Shown piece after piece: positions 25,974 through 37,447 of a stretch of DNA of 64,000 nucleotides (its first letter is position 1; the number at the start of each line of letters is the position of its first letter). The stretch is taken from positions 27,879 through 91,878 of the forward strand of contig JBEBBG010000007.1 in the NCBI GenBank assembly GCA_041158505.1. The letters run 5' to 3'. This stretch comes from Candidatus Parcubacteria bacterium. GTDB lineage: Bacteria > Patescibacteriota > Minisyncoccia > Phycocordibacterales > JAACPR01. The position numbers and the translations under genes are program-made. Under the pieces are notes generated by a model that was given only the letters and a program-made list of their open reading frames with translations, made no database searches and had not been told where the DNA came from.

Positions 25974-26197
25974 TGGGCCGCCGTGAGGACGTCTCCGCGT
26001 CCTCACTCAATCGAAGCTCCTCCCCGCGCTCGTCGCGGCGAGGGCTTTTTTCTTTCCAAAACCTATTGCACTGCTTCCTACTGTATTACGCCCTGCGTCC
26101 CACCATTTGCGCCGCATATATAAAAAATAAAAAACATCTCTAGACACACTCAAAAAATACATCGACATGTATCATCACCTCACACAGACTGTACTGC

Positions 26198-26893
26198 ATG
26201 GAGTACCCAAAAGAAATTGTCCTCGTCAGGCACGGGGAGTCTGAAGCAAATGTATTATCAAGTGAAGAACGCACAAAGCTCGATAGCAGCACCAAAGATT
26301 ACGGCCTCACCCCTCGTGGCAGAATGCAGGCACGAGAAACAGGTGCATACCTAAGGAAAACATACGGCACATTTGATGCGTACTATGCATCGTTTTGTCG
26401 GCGCACCAGAGAAACTCTCGAGCTGATGTATCCAGAGGCACGAATTACCGAAGATGCACGCATTGCCGAAGCGCAGCGTGGCATCTGGCACGCGATGCCG
26501 GAAGCCGCAATCGATGCATGCTTCCCCTATGAACGGGCTCGTCGCGAGAAAGAGGGTCTGTACTACTATCGCCCCTTTGGTGGAGAAAATTGGCCAGACT
26601 TAGAAAACAGAATTCACAGCTTTATTGAAACGCTCTTTCGGCTGCATCGAGGGCAACGGGTGCTCCTGTGCGTACACGGTCACTGGCACATGGCGTTTGA
26701 GCGCATCATGCACAACTTCAGCACTGATGAGCTCATCCGCAGGTATCGAGAAGACGTCGCACCAAATGGATCGGTTACCGTATACAAAGGTGCGCTGATA
26801 AACGGTAGGCCGCAACTCGTACTCGCCAAGCAAACCTTTGCCCCACACGCTATACCCCTCGCAAAATCTCAATTTCAGCACCAACCGCGTTGA
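26198..26893 (+). CDS. histidine phosphatase family protein
   Basis: LVRHGES, RTRET, GGENW, HG motifs. Confidence 0.9.
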   Translation: MEYPKEIVLVRHGESEANVLSSEERTKLDSSTKDYGLTPRGRMQARETGAYLRKTYGTFDAYYASFCRRTRETLELMYPEARITEDARIAEAQRGIWHAMPEAAIDACFPYERARREKEGLYYYRPFGGENWPDLENRIHSFIETLFRLHRGQRVLLCVHGHWHMAFERIMHNFSTDELIRRYREDVAPNGSVTVYKGALINGRPQLVLAKQTFAPHAIPLAKSQFQHQPR

Positions 26894-28382
26894 GACGTTC
26901 TGCAATCTCTTCATACCCTCGCTTGATTGAGTACACGTTTCGCAGAATTGACGTTCCCTCTGCAGCGAGCATTGCAATCATCACGATAACTGCAGGACGC
27001 AACGCTGGTGGACACACAATCTGCGCAGCCTTGAGTGACGTCTTGCCATGAATAAAGACACGATGCGGATCAGCGAGTGTAATCTGTGCACCAAGACGAT
27101 TCAGCTCGGTAAAGTAGATTGCTCGATTTTCCCACATCCAGTCATGGATGAGCGTTTGTCCCTCTGCCTGCGTCGCAATTGGTACAAAAAATGGCAAGTT
27201 GTCGATATTGATACCTGGGTATGGCAGTGCATGAATCTTATCCTCCAGAGCATGCAGCTGTGATGGCTTTATGGTGATATCAACAAGCGCGGTGCGTCCA
27301 TTGAGAGCCATGTAGGGCTTCGAGAGCTTGTACGATTGCCCCATCTTCTGCAATTTCAGCAACTCGAGACGCAAAAACTCAATCGGACAACGAGTTATGG
27401 TGAGTGTTGATTTGGTAACAATTGCAGCAGCTAAAAACATCATCGACTCAATTGGATCTTCACTAATATGCACTTCAACATCTTGGTCAATATCACTACC
27501 TCGTCCATGCACGGTGAGTGTCGACGTGCCGATACCATCAATCTGCACGCCCAGCTGCTCCAAAAAGAAGCAAACGTCCTGCACCATGTAGTTTGAGGTA
27601 GCAAATCGAAGTGTCGTTGTACCCTTAATCCCCGCTGCAGCAACGAGCAAGTTTGTGGTGGCAGTATCACTCGCTTCGTAGAGTACAATGTCGGCCGGTT
27701 TAAGTCCTTTGTGACTAATGTGATACGCACTATCCTTGGTATCAATCGAGACCCCCATCTCCTCGAGACCATACTGATGCGCTGCAATCGTGCGCGCACC
27801 CATCTTACATCCACCACTAAACGGCAACGAGAATGATGGCGTCCGATGAATCAAGCTACCAATACCCATCAAAATTGAGCGGATTCGTTTTGCTGAGTCA
27901 AGGTTCATACCTTTCAGGTTGTACTTCGCAGGTGGCGTAATCGCTAAGTCTTTCTCATTGAGCCATCGTGCCGACACACCAATGCTCTCAAACACTTCAA
28001 GCACGCGTGCAACCTCCTCGATTCGTGGCACCGAACGAAGCGTCGTTGTTCCTTTGTTGATGAGCGCCGCGAACATGAGGTGCAATGCACCGTTCTTTGA
28101 AGTATTCGTGGCGATTGATCCCGAAAGCTTTCGTCCACCAGTGATCTTAAAATCAATTGAATCTTGGACCGAAATGATTTTATGATTGAGAACCTCGCTA
28201 ATCTTTGCCAACTCAGCTGTAGTGAAATTCTGCTTGCCCGCCTCCATGCGTGCCACAGCGCTTTGCGAGGTGCGTAACCGCTTTGCAAGCTCTCCTTGGG
28301 TGAGTCCGTTACGCTGTCTGAGTAATTTGATAAAGGTACCGAGCTTTTCTTGGTCGCTCGTTGATTGCTGTGTCTTTCCCAT
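26850..28382 (-). CDS. murA: UDP-GlcNAc 1-carboxyvinyltransferase with N-terminal XRE HTH
   Basis: LTQGELAKRLRTSQSAVARME HTH; SKNGA, GGCKMGAR, IKRGYE MurA motifs. Confidence 0.9.
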   Translation of the reverse strand: MGKTQQSTSDQEKLGTFIKLLRQRNGLTQGELAKRLRTSQSAVARMEAGKQNFTTAELAKISEVLNHKIISVQDSIDFKITGGRKLSGSIATNTSKNGALHLMFAALINKGTTTLRSVPRIEEVARVLEVFESIGVSARWLNEKDLAITPPAKYNLKGMNLDSAKRIRSILMGIGSLIHRTPSFSLPFSGGCKMGARTIAAHQYGLEEMGVSIDTKDSAYHISHKGLKPADIVLYEASDTATTNLLVAAAGIKGTTTLRFATSNYMVQDVCFFLEQLGVQIDGIGTSTLTVHGRGSDIDQDVEVHISEDPIESMMFLAAAIVTKSTLTITRCPIEFLRLELLKLQKMGQSYKLSKPYMALNGRTALVDITIKPSQLHALEDKIHALPYPGINIDNLPFFVPIATQAEGQTLIHDWMWENRAIYFTELNRLGAQITLADPHRVFIHGKTSLKAAQIVCPPALRPAVIVMIAMLAAEGTSILRNVYSIKRGYEEIAERLNAVGAEIEILRGV

Positions 28383-28416
28383 GCATGCAATATATCACAT
28401 ATGATATAGTTACCGT

Positions 28417-29430
28417 ATGAAGATTGTGGAAAATTACTCACTGCACACACACAGCGCGATGCGTACCGGCGGCACAGCACGCTACGCCGCCTCGCTTGAA
28501 ACAGTACAAGATGTGCAAAAACTTGCGACATTTGCTCAAAAAAACAACCTACCGCTCCATGTCATTGGTGAAGGAACCAACACGTTTTTTGGGGACGGCG
28601 TACTCCCTATTGTGGTCGGCAACATGTGCCTTCGTGGCATTACCATTCTTGAAGAAACCTCTACCCAAAGCGTGGTAAACGTTGCCGCAGGCGAAGTCTG
28701 GGACGAACTCGTCGCGTGGTCAGTTACTCGAAATCTGTCTGGGATTGAGGCGCTCTCCCTCATTCCAGGCACCGTAGGTGCAGCGCCGATTCAAAACATT
28801 GGCGCATACGGACGCGAGTTTAAAGACGTGTGCCACTCAGTAACTGTGTACGATTGCGCGTCAGCGGAGATTCGAACACTTTCACGAGACGAGTGCCATT
28901 TCGCCTATCGCGACAGTATCTTTAAGCAGCGGCCTGGTGTATACGTTGTCCTCGGCGTCACAATCATACTGTCAAAAGCATCCCCAGAAATGCCAACATA
29001 CAAAGATGTGGTTGAATACTTTGGTAATGAGACAGCACCAACCGTTGCAGCAATTCGCGAAGCCATCTGCACCATTCGCATGCGTAAGCTTCCCGATTAT
29101 AAAACTACTCCAAACCTTGGCTCTTTTTTCAAAAATCCAATTATAGACGCGGCGGCATTTGCAGCACTCACCAGCACGCACGGCGAAGTACCCCACGCAC
29201 CGCTTCTTGATGGACAGATAAAATTATTTGCAGGTTGGTTGATTGAGCAGTGTGGGTTAAAGGGTGCTGCAGTTGCCGGGCTTATCGTATATGAAAAAAA
29301 TGCCCTCGTGCTCACAAACCCGCAGCGTTTGTCATACACATCGGTTCGTAATGCAGAAGAGCTTATTCGTACTGCAGTGCGTGAACGCTTTGGTGTAACA
29401 CTCGAGCGTGAGCCTATCCTTATTTCTTAA
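28417..29430 (+). CDS. murB: UDP-N-acetylenolpyruvoylglucosamine reductase
   Basis: IPGTVGAAPIQNIGAYG, YRDSIFK, GSFFKNP, LEREP. Confidence 0.95.
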   Translation: MKIVENYSLHTHSAMRTGGTARYAASLETVQDVQKLATFAQKNNLPLHVIGEGTNTFFGDGVLPIVVGNMCLRGITILEETSTQSVVNVAAGEVWDELVAWSVTRNLSGIEALSLIPGTVGAAPIQNIGAYGREFKDVCHSVTVYDCASAEIRTLSRDECHFAYRDSIFKQRPGVYVVLGVTIILSKASPEMPTYKDVVEYFGNETAPTVAAIREAICTIRMRKLPDYKTTPNLGSFFKNPIIDAAAFAALTSTHGEVPHAPLLDGQIKLFAGWLIEQCGLKGAAVAGLIVYEKNALVLTNPQRLSYTSVRNAEELIRTAVRERFGVTLEREPILIS

Positions 29431-29462
29431 TCTCACACCTGCATCCTACTGCGCTGCATATA

Positions 29463-30185
29463 CTACATAGCACTCGTTGGTTTTTTTGACGGCATAGAAA
29501 GCGCACCCTCAAGTGTGTAGTCACCGACAATCGTGCGCCGTAATCCACCAAGTGTCGCCGGTAGTCCAAGTCGTCGCCCCATCTCCTCTGCGAGCGATCG
29601 AATGTACGTGCCGCTCCCCACTGCAATTGTTGCACGTACGTGCACTCGCCCGTCCTCAGCAAAGATATCGGTAATGGTCCACGCATCAACACGCATCTTT
29701 TTCAGCGGAACATCTACATGCTGGCCACGTCGTGCCCGCTTGTAGAGCGGCACACCATCACGCTTAATTGCAGAGAATGCGGGGACCGGCAACTCATGAG
29801 TGCCAACAAGTGAAGCTGCGGCTGTTTCAATACGTTTTTCTAGTTCAGGAGTCAGCAACACATCTATCGCCGCAATAATCTCACCCTCCATATCACCAGT
29901 TGTCCGTTGCTCACCCAGGATAATGTGTGCCTCGTACGTTTTATCGAGCTTAATCAAGGTGGCCAATTGCTTTGTCCCCTTTCCAATACCGAGAATCATC
30001 AGTCCTGATGCAAGTGGATCAAGTGTCCCCGCATGCCCCACTTTTACGTTAGCATGTCCGGCTTCACGAAGTAGCCGCCTCACGTATCCGACAACACCAA
30101 ACGAGGTAACACCAACCGGCTTATCCACAGTCAGTATTTCTGGAACTGGGGCATCTGGCTTTATGTATGGCCCTGTATTGTTCAT
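29463..30185 (-). CDS. truB: tRNA pseudouridine(55) synthase
   Basis: KVGHAGTLDPLASG, GTYIRSL. Confidence 0.95.
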   Translation of the reverse strand: MNNTGPYIKPDAPVPEILTVDKPVGVTSFGVVGYVRRLLREAGHANVKVGHAGTLDPLASGLMILGIGKGTKQLATLIKLDKTYEAHIILGEQRTTGDMEGEIIAAIDVLLTPELEKRIETAAASLVGTHELPVPAFSAIKRDGVPLYKRARRGQHVDVPLKKMRVDAWTITDIFAEDGRVHVRATIAVGSGTYIRSLAEEMGRRLGLPATLGGLRRTIVGDYTLEGALSMPSKKPTSAM

Positions 30186-30340
30186 AGAAAGTATGTAAAA
30201 ACAAAAATAGTGAATATGCAAGTTGCGGTGCGTCGCAACGGGCGTACGATTAAATCTAATAAGACGCTTAGCTCTTTCTGGATTTCATCCTTTAGGAGTG
30301 AGGCGTCTTTTTCTGATTAACTCGAACTACTCGAATACCC

Positions 30341-30799
30341 ATGAAGAAGATCCACACCCTGCTTATCGCAATCATCGCCATTGTGGCAGCCGCATTCCTG
30401 CAGCATCGCGGATACGCCGATGACCAGCCCACGCCGACCGCCGCACCTGCCACGACTGCCGAAGTGACCGGTCCTCCGACGCCCGCCGCAACGCCGACCC
30501 AACCGATTCGCCCCGCGCGAACCTTCGCTTACGCCGGCGAGCTGCAGCAAATCCTGGCAAAAGCCACTGGTGGTGACGGAGAAGTCGTGACGCTCTCGGC
30601 CGGCTGCGCGCTTGAAACGCACTCCGATGGAAGCTACACCGACATCTCGTCGCCCGAGCATCCCAAGGCCTACGGCCCCGACAACACCTACATCGATGTC
30701 GCGGTCATGACGCCAGAGGAAATCGCCAAGGCACCCATGTCGGCCCGTCGCACGCTCGAGCTGCTCGCTACGGCCGCCTCGGACGAAGACGCTGGGTGA
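30341..30799 (+). CDS. secreted hypothetical protein, high GC
   Basis: Signal peptide and Pro/Thr/Ala linker; inserted between truB and gpmI with its own terminator (30842-30885). Confidence 0.7.
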   Translation: MKKIHTLLIAIIAIVAAAFLQHRGYADDQPTPTAAPATTAEVTGPPTPAATPTQPIRPARTFAYAGELQQILAKATGGDGEVVTLSAGCALETHSDGSYTDISSPEHPKAYGPDNTYIDVAVMTPEEIAKAPMSARRTLELLATAASDEDAG

Positions 30800-30900
30800 C
30801 AAGTACCCTCCCGCGTGTCCGGATGAAACCCTCATCGTTTGAAGCCCTGCCTGGACCACCAGCGCAGGGCTTCTTCCTTTTTATTTGCAAGCGCACGCTT

Positions 30901-32385
30901 CTATGACAGCAATGACTCGCCCGTCATGCTCGCTGGTACGCTAAGCCCAAACAATTGTAAAATCGTTGGCGCAATATCTCGAAGCGTTCCATCATGCATT
31001 GCTGCGCCTTGCTTTGTTACGATTGCTGGCACTTTGTTAAGGGTGTGTGCAGTATGCTTTTCACCGGTGCTCACATCAACATTCACCTCTGCATTACCGT
31101 GGTCTGCGGTCACAAACGCAACACCACCTCGTGCATGGAGCGCTTCAAGCACTCGTTTAAGCTCACGATCAACCGTCTCAACAGCAGTTACAATCGCTGG
31201 CACATTTGCGGTATGGCCAACCATGTCAGGGTTTGCGAAGTTGATGAAAATGAAATCAACACCCGCATTGATCCGAGCAATCGCTTCATCTGCAATCGCT
31301 TCTGCGCGCATCTCGGGAGCCTCATCATGTGTTTTTACATCCTTGCGGCTCTGAAGCATAACGTGCTCTTCGCCCTCATGTGGCGTTTCCTTGCCACCAT
31401 TCAAGAAGTAGGTTGCGTGCGGAAACTTTTCTGTTTCTGCAATGTGCGCTTGTGTAAGGCCTGCGAGTGAAACCTCTTGCGCGATGGTTGTCTCAATTGC
31501 AATTGGTGGAAATGCAACGGGGCAGCTATACTCCTTTGAGTACTCGGTGAGCGTTACGAAGCACAGATTCATATCATCAGCGCGAGCAAGAATGCGCTCG
31601 GTGAGCATACGTGCCCGATCAGCTCGATAGTTGAAGAAGAACACCGCATCCCCCTGCTCAATCGGCACCTCTTTAAGCAAAAATGGTTCCACGTGCTCAT
31701 CCGTTTTTCCGGTTGCGTGCTGCGAAGCAATCTCCTCCTCTGGCGTAACCTGACAAATAGTCCCTTCACAGTGGAAGAGCATCTTTTCGACACGCTCAAC
31801 TCGGTCCCAGTTGTTGTCCCGATCCATTGCAAAGTACCGGCCAGAAATGCTGCAAATGGTTCCGATACCAGCTTCCTGCGTCACTGCGGTTATTTCTGCA
31901 ATATCTTTAATTGAATCGTATGGAGATGCATCGCGGCCATCAGTAAAGAGGTGCAGGTATACATCCGCAGCCCCCTTCTCTTTTGCCATTCGCAAGAATG
32001 CAAGCAAATGATCCTGATGCGCGTGTACGCCACCCTTACCGATAAGGCCAACGACATGCAGCTTTGAACCGTTTGCGCTGGTATGCGTAAAGAGTCGATT
32101 GAGTACTTCATTTTCGACAAATGAACCATCAGCAACTGCCTTATTGATACGAACCAGATCAGTATCAATTACCTTTCCTGCACCAATGGTGGTGTGTCCA
32201 ATCTCACTGTTGCCAATTTGGCCATGTGGCAATCCGACATGTTCGCCTGAAGCCTCAAGGAGGCCGTGTGGATACGTATTCCAGAGGTAGTCGAAGTATG
32301 GCGTCTGTGCGAGTGCAACAGCATTATGCTCAGGGTCTTCGCGATACCCCCAACCATCAAGAACAATGAGTGCAACCTGCTGCAT
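30901..32385 (-). CDS. gpmI: 2,3-BPG-independent phosphoglycerate mutase
   Basis: LDGWG, GNSEIGH, NPDMVGH, TADHGNAE. Confidence 0.96.
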   Translation of the reverse strand: MQQVALIVLDGWGYREDPEHNAVALAQTPYFDYLWNTYPHGLLEASGEHVGLPHGQIGNSEIGHTTIGAGKVIDTDLVRINKAVADGSFVENEVLNRLFTHTSANGSKLHVVGLIGKGGVHAHQDHLLAFLRMAKEKGAADVYLHLFTDGRDASPYDSIKDIAEITAVTQEAGIGTICSISGRYFAMDRDNNWDRVERVEKMLFHCEGTICQVTPEEEIASQHATGKTDEHVEPFLLKEVPIEQGDAVFFFNYRADRARMLTERILARADDMNLCFVTLTEYSKEYSCPVAFPPIAIETTIAQEVSLAGLTQAHIAETEKFPHATYFLNGGKETPHEGEEHVMLQSRKDVKTHDEAPEMRAEAIADEAIARINAGVDFIFINFANPDMVGHTANVPAIVTAVETVDRELKRVLEALHARGGVAFVTADHGNAEVNVDVSTGEKHTAHTLNKVPAIVTKQGAAMHDGTLRDIAPTILQLFGLSVPASMTGESLLS

Positions 32386-32390
32386 AATCG

Positions 32391-33701
<1,311 letters not shown>

Positions 33702-33845
33702 TTACTCCTATATATAATGAGCATCTAGTATAAACCTGCCTCAGGCAAAAAGACAATGGCTAGCCCGAAATTGCAGCACAACAGAACATCGTGGTGAAAT
33801 GCACCTATAACCAGCGGCGGTCATGGTGTACTATAGAAAGTACGT

Positions 33846-35069
33846 ATGCAACCATTCGCACTAGCAGGCATTGCAGATATTCCACTTGCGTTTAAAACCA
33901 TGACCGCATGGGAAGTCCTCGACATTCTCCTTGTTGCCATTGCACTCTACATCATCATTCTTTTTGTGAAGCAAACAAAATCGCAGTTTATTTTGGTTGT
34001 GACCCTGTCACTGATTGTTGTTGCCTTTGTTGCACAAAATGTAAACCTATCCCTAACTCGAGCGCTCGTGCAACCAATTGCAACGCTCGTGTTCATTATT
34101 ATTGCGATTGTTTTACAACGTGAAATCCGGCAGTTTTTCCGTTGGGTAATGGTTGGGAAAAATTTTCTTCGCGGTTCAGTCCAAACACAACTTCACAAAG
34201 CAACGTTTACCGAAGTCGCAGACGCACTCACGCACATGAGCGAGCATCGCATTGGTGCCATTATTGTTTTTCCTCGACGGCAGGACGTTGATGATATGCT
34301 CTCAGGCGGACAACCGCTCGACGGGACCGTTTCAAAAGAAGTGCTGCTTAGTATCTTTGATAGCAGTTCGCCAGGGCACGATGGCGCGGTCATCATTGAA
34401 AGCAACCGCATTCGACTGTTTGGAGTCCACCTTCCCCTTGCGCAGCAGTATACAAACTACAGAAAAGCAGGTACCCGTCATCGAGCAGCTGCAGGCATTA
34501 CCGAAGGTACTGATGCGGTTGCATTTGTTGTGTCTGAAGAACGTGGCACGATAAGCGTTTTCAAAAATGGAAAAGCAGCAACGCTCGAAACGACCGATGC
34601 GCTCCTACGCGAACTCACAAAACTATCTGGCGAAGCATCTAACGTAGAAAGCACATTCTGGCACTACTTCTTTCGGCAAAATGCTGGTGCAAAACTAAGC
34701 TCGCTAGCGCTTGCGTGCATCATGTGGCTCGTACTCTTTGCACAAACAGGTGTTGTAAAAAAAGATATTGCAGTACCCATTGCGTTCCAGCTACTCTCTC
34801 CAGACTACCAACTCATCACTGAGCCTGGTGCGACAGAAGTAACCGTCACCATTCAAGGCAAGAGTAATGATATCGCGGCCTTTGATACCTCGAAGCTTCA
34901 AGCGCGCGTTGACGCAAAAGAACTTGGACCAGGAACACACACCGTTGACCTAACACCAGAAAGCATTAGTGTCCCTGCCTTCATCAGTGTCACCCGCATT
35001 GAACCAGAAGCAGTTACTGTTCGTATTGCTGAAGCCGTACCAACAGAGCAAGAAGCTCCTACTGAGTAG
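33846..35069 (+). CDS. dacA: diadenylate cyclase CdaA with C-terminal TM and YbbR-like domain
   Basis: 3 TM helices, HDGA and GTRHRAA motifs; C-terminal YbbR-like beta domain. Confidence 0.88.
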   Translation: MQPFALAGIADIPLAFKTMTAWEVLDILLVAIALYIIILFVKQTKSQFILVVTLSLIVVAFVAQNVNLSLTRALVQPIATLVFIIIAIVLQREIRQFFRWVMVGKNFLRGSVQTQLHKATFTEVADALTHMSEHRIGAIIVFPRRQDVDDMLSGGQPLDGTVSKEVLLSIFDSSSPGHDGAVIIESNRIRLFGVHLPLAQQYTNYRKAGTRHRAAAGITEGTDAVAFVVSEERGTISVFKNGKAATLETTDALLRELTKLSGEASNVESTFWHYFFRQNAGAKLSSLALACIMWLVLFAQTGVVKKDIAVPIAFQLLSPDYQLITEPGATEVTVTIQGKSNDIAAFDTSKLQARVDAKELGPGTHTVDLTPESISVPAFISVTRIEPEAVTVRIAEAVPTEQEAPTE

Positions 35070-35107
35070 GCCGTGCAGAGCAACAGAAGCTCTGCTATGC
35101 TCAATGT

Positions 35108-35995
35108 ATGAAACATGCATATTGGGTACGTGTTGGCGCTTTTGTGGCTCTAGCACTCATTACGGGAACATCACTGTGGTACACCTGGGACACTCGAACG
35201 ACCACTGCGACTCAACTAGCCACGCTTGAATCAGATCGAGCAAACCTGTCACAAAAAGTTACCGACCTGGAATCTCTCCTCATTGCACTACAATCTGAAA
35301 GTACCACTATCAGCGATACGCTCAAGGAAGCAGCGAGTAAATCGGAAACACTTGAGCAAGCCTTTGATCGGGTCAACAGCAACGTTGAGACACTCGAAAA
35401 GCTCACGACCACTGATGAAGAGTTACTACAAAAGTACTCAAAGATTTATTTCCTCAATGAGCACTACGTTCCGACAGAACTAGAAACAATTCCTTCAGAG
35501 TACACCTACAACAAAGAACGTACCTACGAGATACACGAGCAGGTCTGGCCATACCTTGAAGATCTGCTTGATGCGGCCCAGGAAGATGGTATCGACATAC
35601 AAATCATTTCTGCATTTCGTTCATTTGGTGAGCAGGCGCAGCTCAAGGGTGCGTACACTGTTACCTACGGTTCAGGTACTGCAAATCAGTTTTCTGCTGA
35701 TCAAGGTTACTCAGAACATCAGCTTGGTACCACGGTAGATTTCACCACCACCAAGGTCGGGGCGACCTTTTCTGGGTTTGCAAAAACAGAAACGTACGCA
35801 TGGCTCCTCGATAACGCACACAAGTTTGGGTTTATTCTTTCCTACCCTGACGGCAATGACTACTACCAGTTTGAACCGTGGCATTGGCGCTTTGTGGGCA
35901 CCAAACTTGCGCGAGATCTACATCGTAAAGAACTCGACTTCTACGACATGTCACAACGAGATATTGACGCGTACATTGTTGACCTTTTTGAGTAG
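35108..35995 (+). CDS. M15B D,D-carboxypeptidase (VanY-like) with coiled-coil stalk
   Basis: SAFRS, SEHQLGTTVD, EPWHWRF. Confidence 0.9.
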   Translation: MKHAYWVRVGAFVALALITGTSLWYTWDTRTTTATQLATLESDRANLSQKVTDLESLLIALQSESTTISDTLKEAASKSETLEQAFDRVNSNVETLEKLTTTDEELLQKYSKIYFLNEHYVPTELETIPSEYTYNKERTYEIHEQVWPYLEDLLDAAQEDGIDIQIISAFRSFGEQAQLKGAYTVTYGSGTANQFSADQGYSEHQLGTTVDFTTTKVGATFSGFAKTETYAWLLDNAHKFGFILSYPDGNDYYQFEPWHWRFVGTKLARDLHRKELDFYDMSQRDIDAYIVDLFE

Positions 35996-36016
35996 TAGAC
36001 GCGGCGGTAGTGTGTA

Positions 36017-36058
36017 AAAAGAAAAAGCGGCGCGGGGCATTCGCCCCGCGCCGCTTTT
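36017..36058. terminator. bidirectional intrinsic terminator
   Basis: aaaagcggcgcggggc attc gccccgcgccgctttt between convergent genes. Confidence 0.85.
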
Positions 36059-36060
36059 AA

Positions 36061-36165
36061 CTACTTTCGCTTCTTTGCTGCTGGCTTCTTAGTTGCCTTC
36101 TTCGCAGTTGCCTTCTTTGCAGGAGACTTCTTTGCTGCTGGCTTCTTTGCTTTTTTTGTTGCCAT
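36061..36165 (-). CDS. 34-aa histone H1-like Lys/Ala/Pro peptide (absent from the ORF track)
   Basis: MATKKAKKPAAKKSPAKKATAKKATKKPAAKKRK*, stop immediately before the terminator. Confidence 0.75.
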   Translation of the reverse strand: MATKKAKKPAAKKSPAKKATAKKATKKPAAKKRK

Positions 36166-36340
36166 TTTGATGGACTTACACTGATAAAGCATGGCGACCC
36201 TAGTTCTGGGGATTGCTCCCTACGATGTCGGATTCGACATGTACATCTATTGTATGTTGTCTGCAGAAAAAAAGTGAACTATACACAACAAACCTGTGAA
36301 TATCTTTTTTGCATGCGTGCACATGATACACTCACTAGTA

Positions 36341-37402
36341 ATGAAGCGTGCGGTAACGCAAACAAAAAAATTTATCGAAACGAATAATCGTTTCATCATG
36401 CCAGCAGTACTCCTTCTCGGTTTCATTGTCGACTACTTTACCTTCAATCGTGTCGACCAACTCTTTGATAACCTTGTACTCCTCGCGTACGTCATACTTG
36501 CCGCTGGATCTCTCGTTGCACTTTACGGCACAAAAACATCTGCGCGCATTGCACGCATCGCACCTTTTACATTTCAGTATGCAATTGGAGGTCTTTTTAG
36601 TGGCCTTTTCATCTTCTACTTTCGAAGTGGCAGCATAAGTGTTAGCTTCCCTTTCCTCATTGTCCTCTTTGTGCTCATGCTGGGAAGCGATTACTTTTAC
36701 AAACGTTTTCCTAAAGCAAGCTTCCAGCTCGTTGTCTTTTACGTGGCGCTTATCTCCTACGCAAACCTTGTTGTTCCAACCTTTACGAAACACATGAGCC
36801 TGTGGACATTTGTGGGGGCAACCCTTCTTTCGGGCGCGGTCATGTATGGGTTTGTTTCATTGCTTGATCGACCACAGTCGCTGATTCGAGGCGTGCACCG
36901 CACGCAGGTTGAACGTCGCCTCATCGCGACCACTATCATTTTTGCGCTTCTGTACGTAACCAACATCATTCCTCCTATTCCGCTTTCTATGAAAGCAGGT
37001 ATCGTTGGGTATGGTATTACACGAACAAGTGATAGTGGCTACTACGTATCTGCAGAAGAAGCTCCATGGTACCTGCCTTTTAGTACGCACGGCACAACGC
37101 TGCACACGAGAGGTCCTGTGTATGCATTTACGTCAATTTTTGCTCCAACAGAACTTGAGACGACAATTATCCACGAGTGGCAACGTTTTGATGATACAGA
37201 GGGTTGGGTTACGACGAGCCGAATCCCAATGAACATTACCGGAGGACGTGAAGATGGGTTTCGTGGCTACTCCCTTTCAAACAACCTAACTCCTGGATCA
37301 TGGAGAGTTACTGTCCGAACAAGTCGAGGGCAAGTTGTCGGCCGAATTCGTTTTGAAATTAGTGAAGACCAGACACAAAAACGAACATCTGTTGTGTACT
37401 AA
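36341..37402 (+). CDS. DUF2914-domain membrane protein
   Basis: Multi-TM N-terminus; GGREDGFRGYS...PGSWRV. Confidence 0.8.
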   Translation: MKRAVTQTKKFIETNNRFIMPAVLLLGFIVDYFTFNRVDQLFDNLVLLAYVILAAGSLVALYGTKTSARIARIAPFTFQYAIGGLFSGLFIFYFRSGSISVSFPFLIVLFVLMLGSDYFYKRFPKASFQLVVFYVALISYANLVVPTFTKHMSLWTFVGATLLSGAVMYGFVSLLDRPQSLIRGVHRTQVERRLIATTIIFALLYVTNIIPPIPLSMKAGIVGYGITRTSDSGYYVSAEEAPWYLPFSTHGTTLHTRGPVYAFTSIFAPTELETTIIHEWQRFDDTEGWVTTSRIPMNITGGREDGFRGYSLSNNLTPGSWRVTVRTSRGQVVGRIRFEISEDQTQKRTSVVY

Positions 37403-37447
37403 TGGGCACGGCTTGTACTGAACCCTCACTCGTGTAAAATTGCTGGT

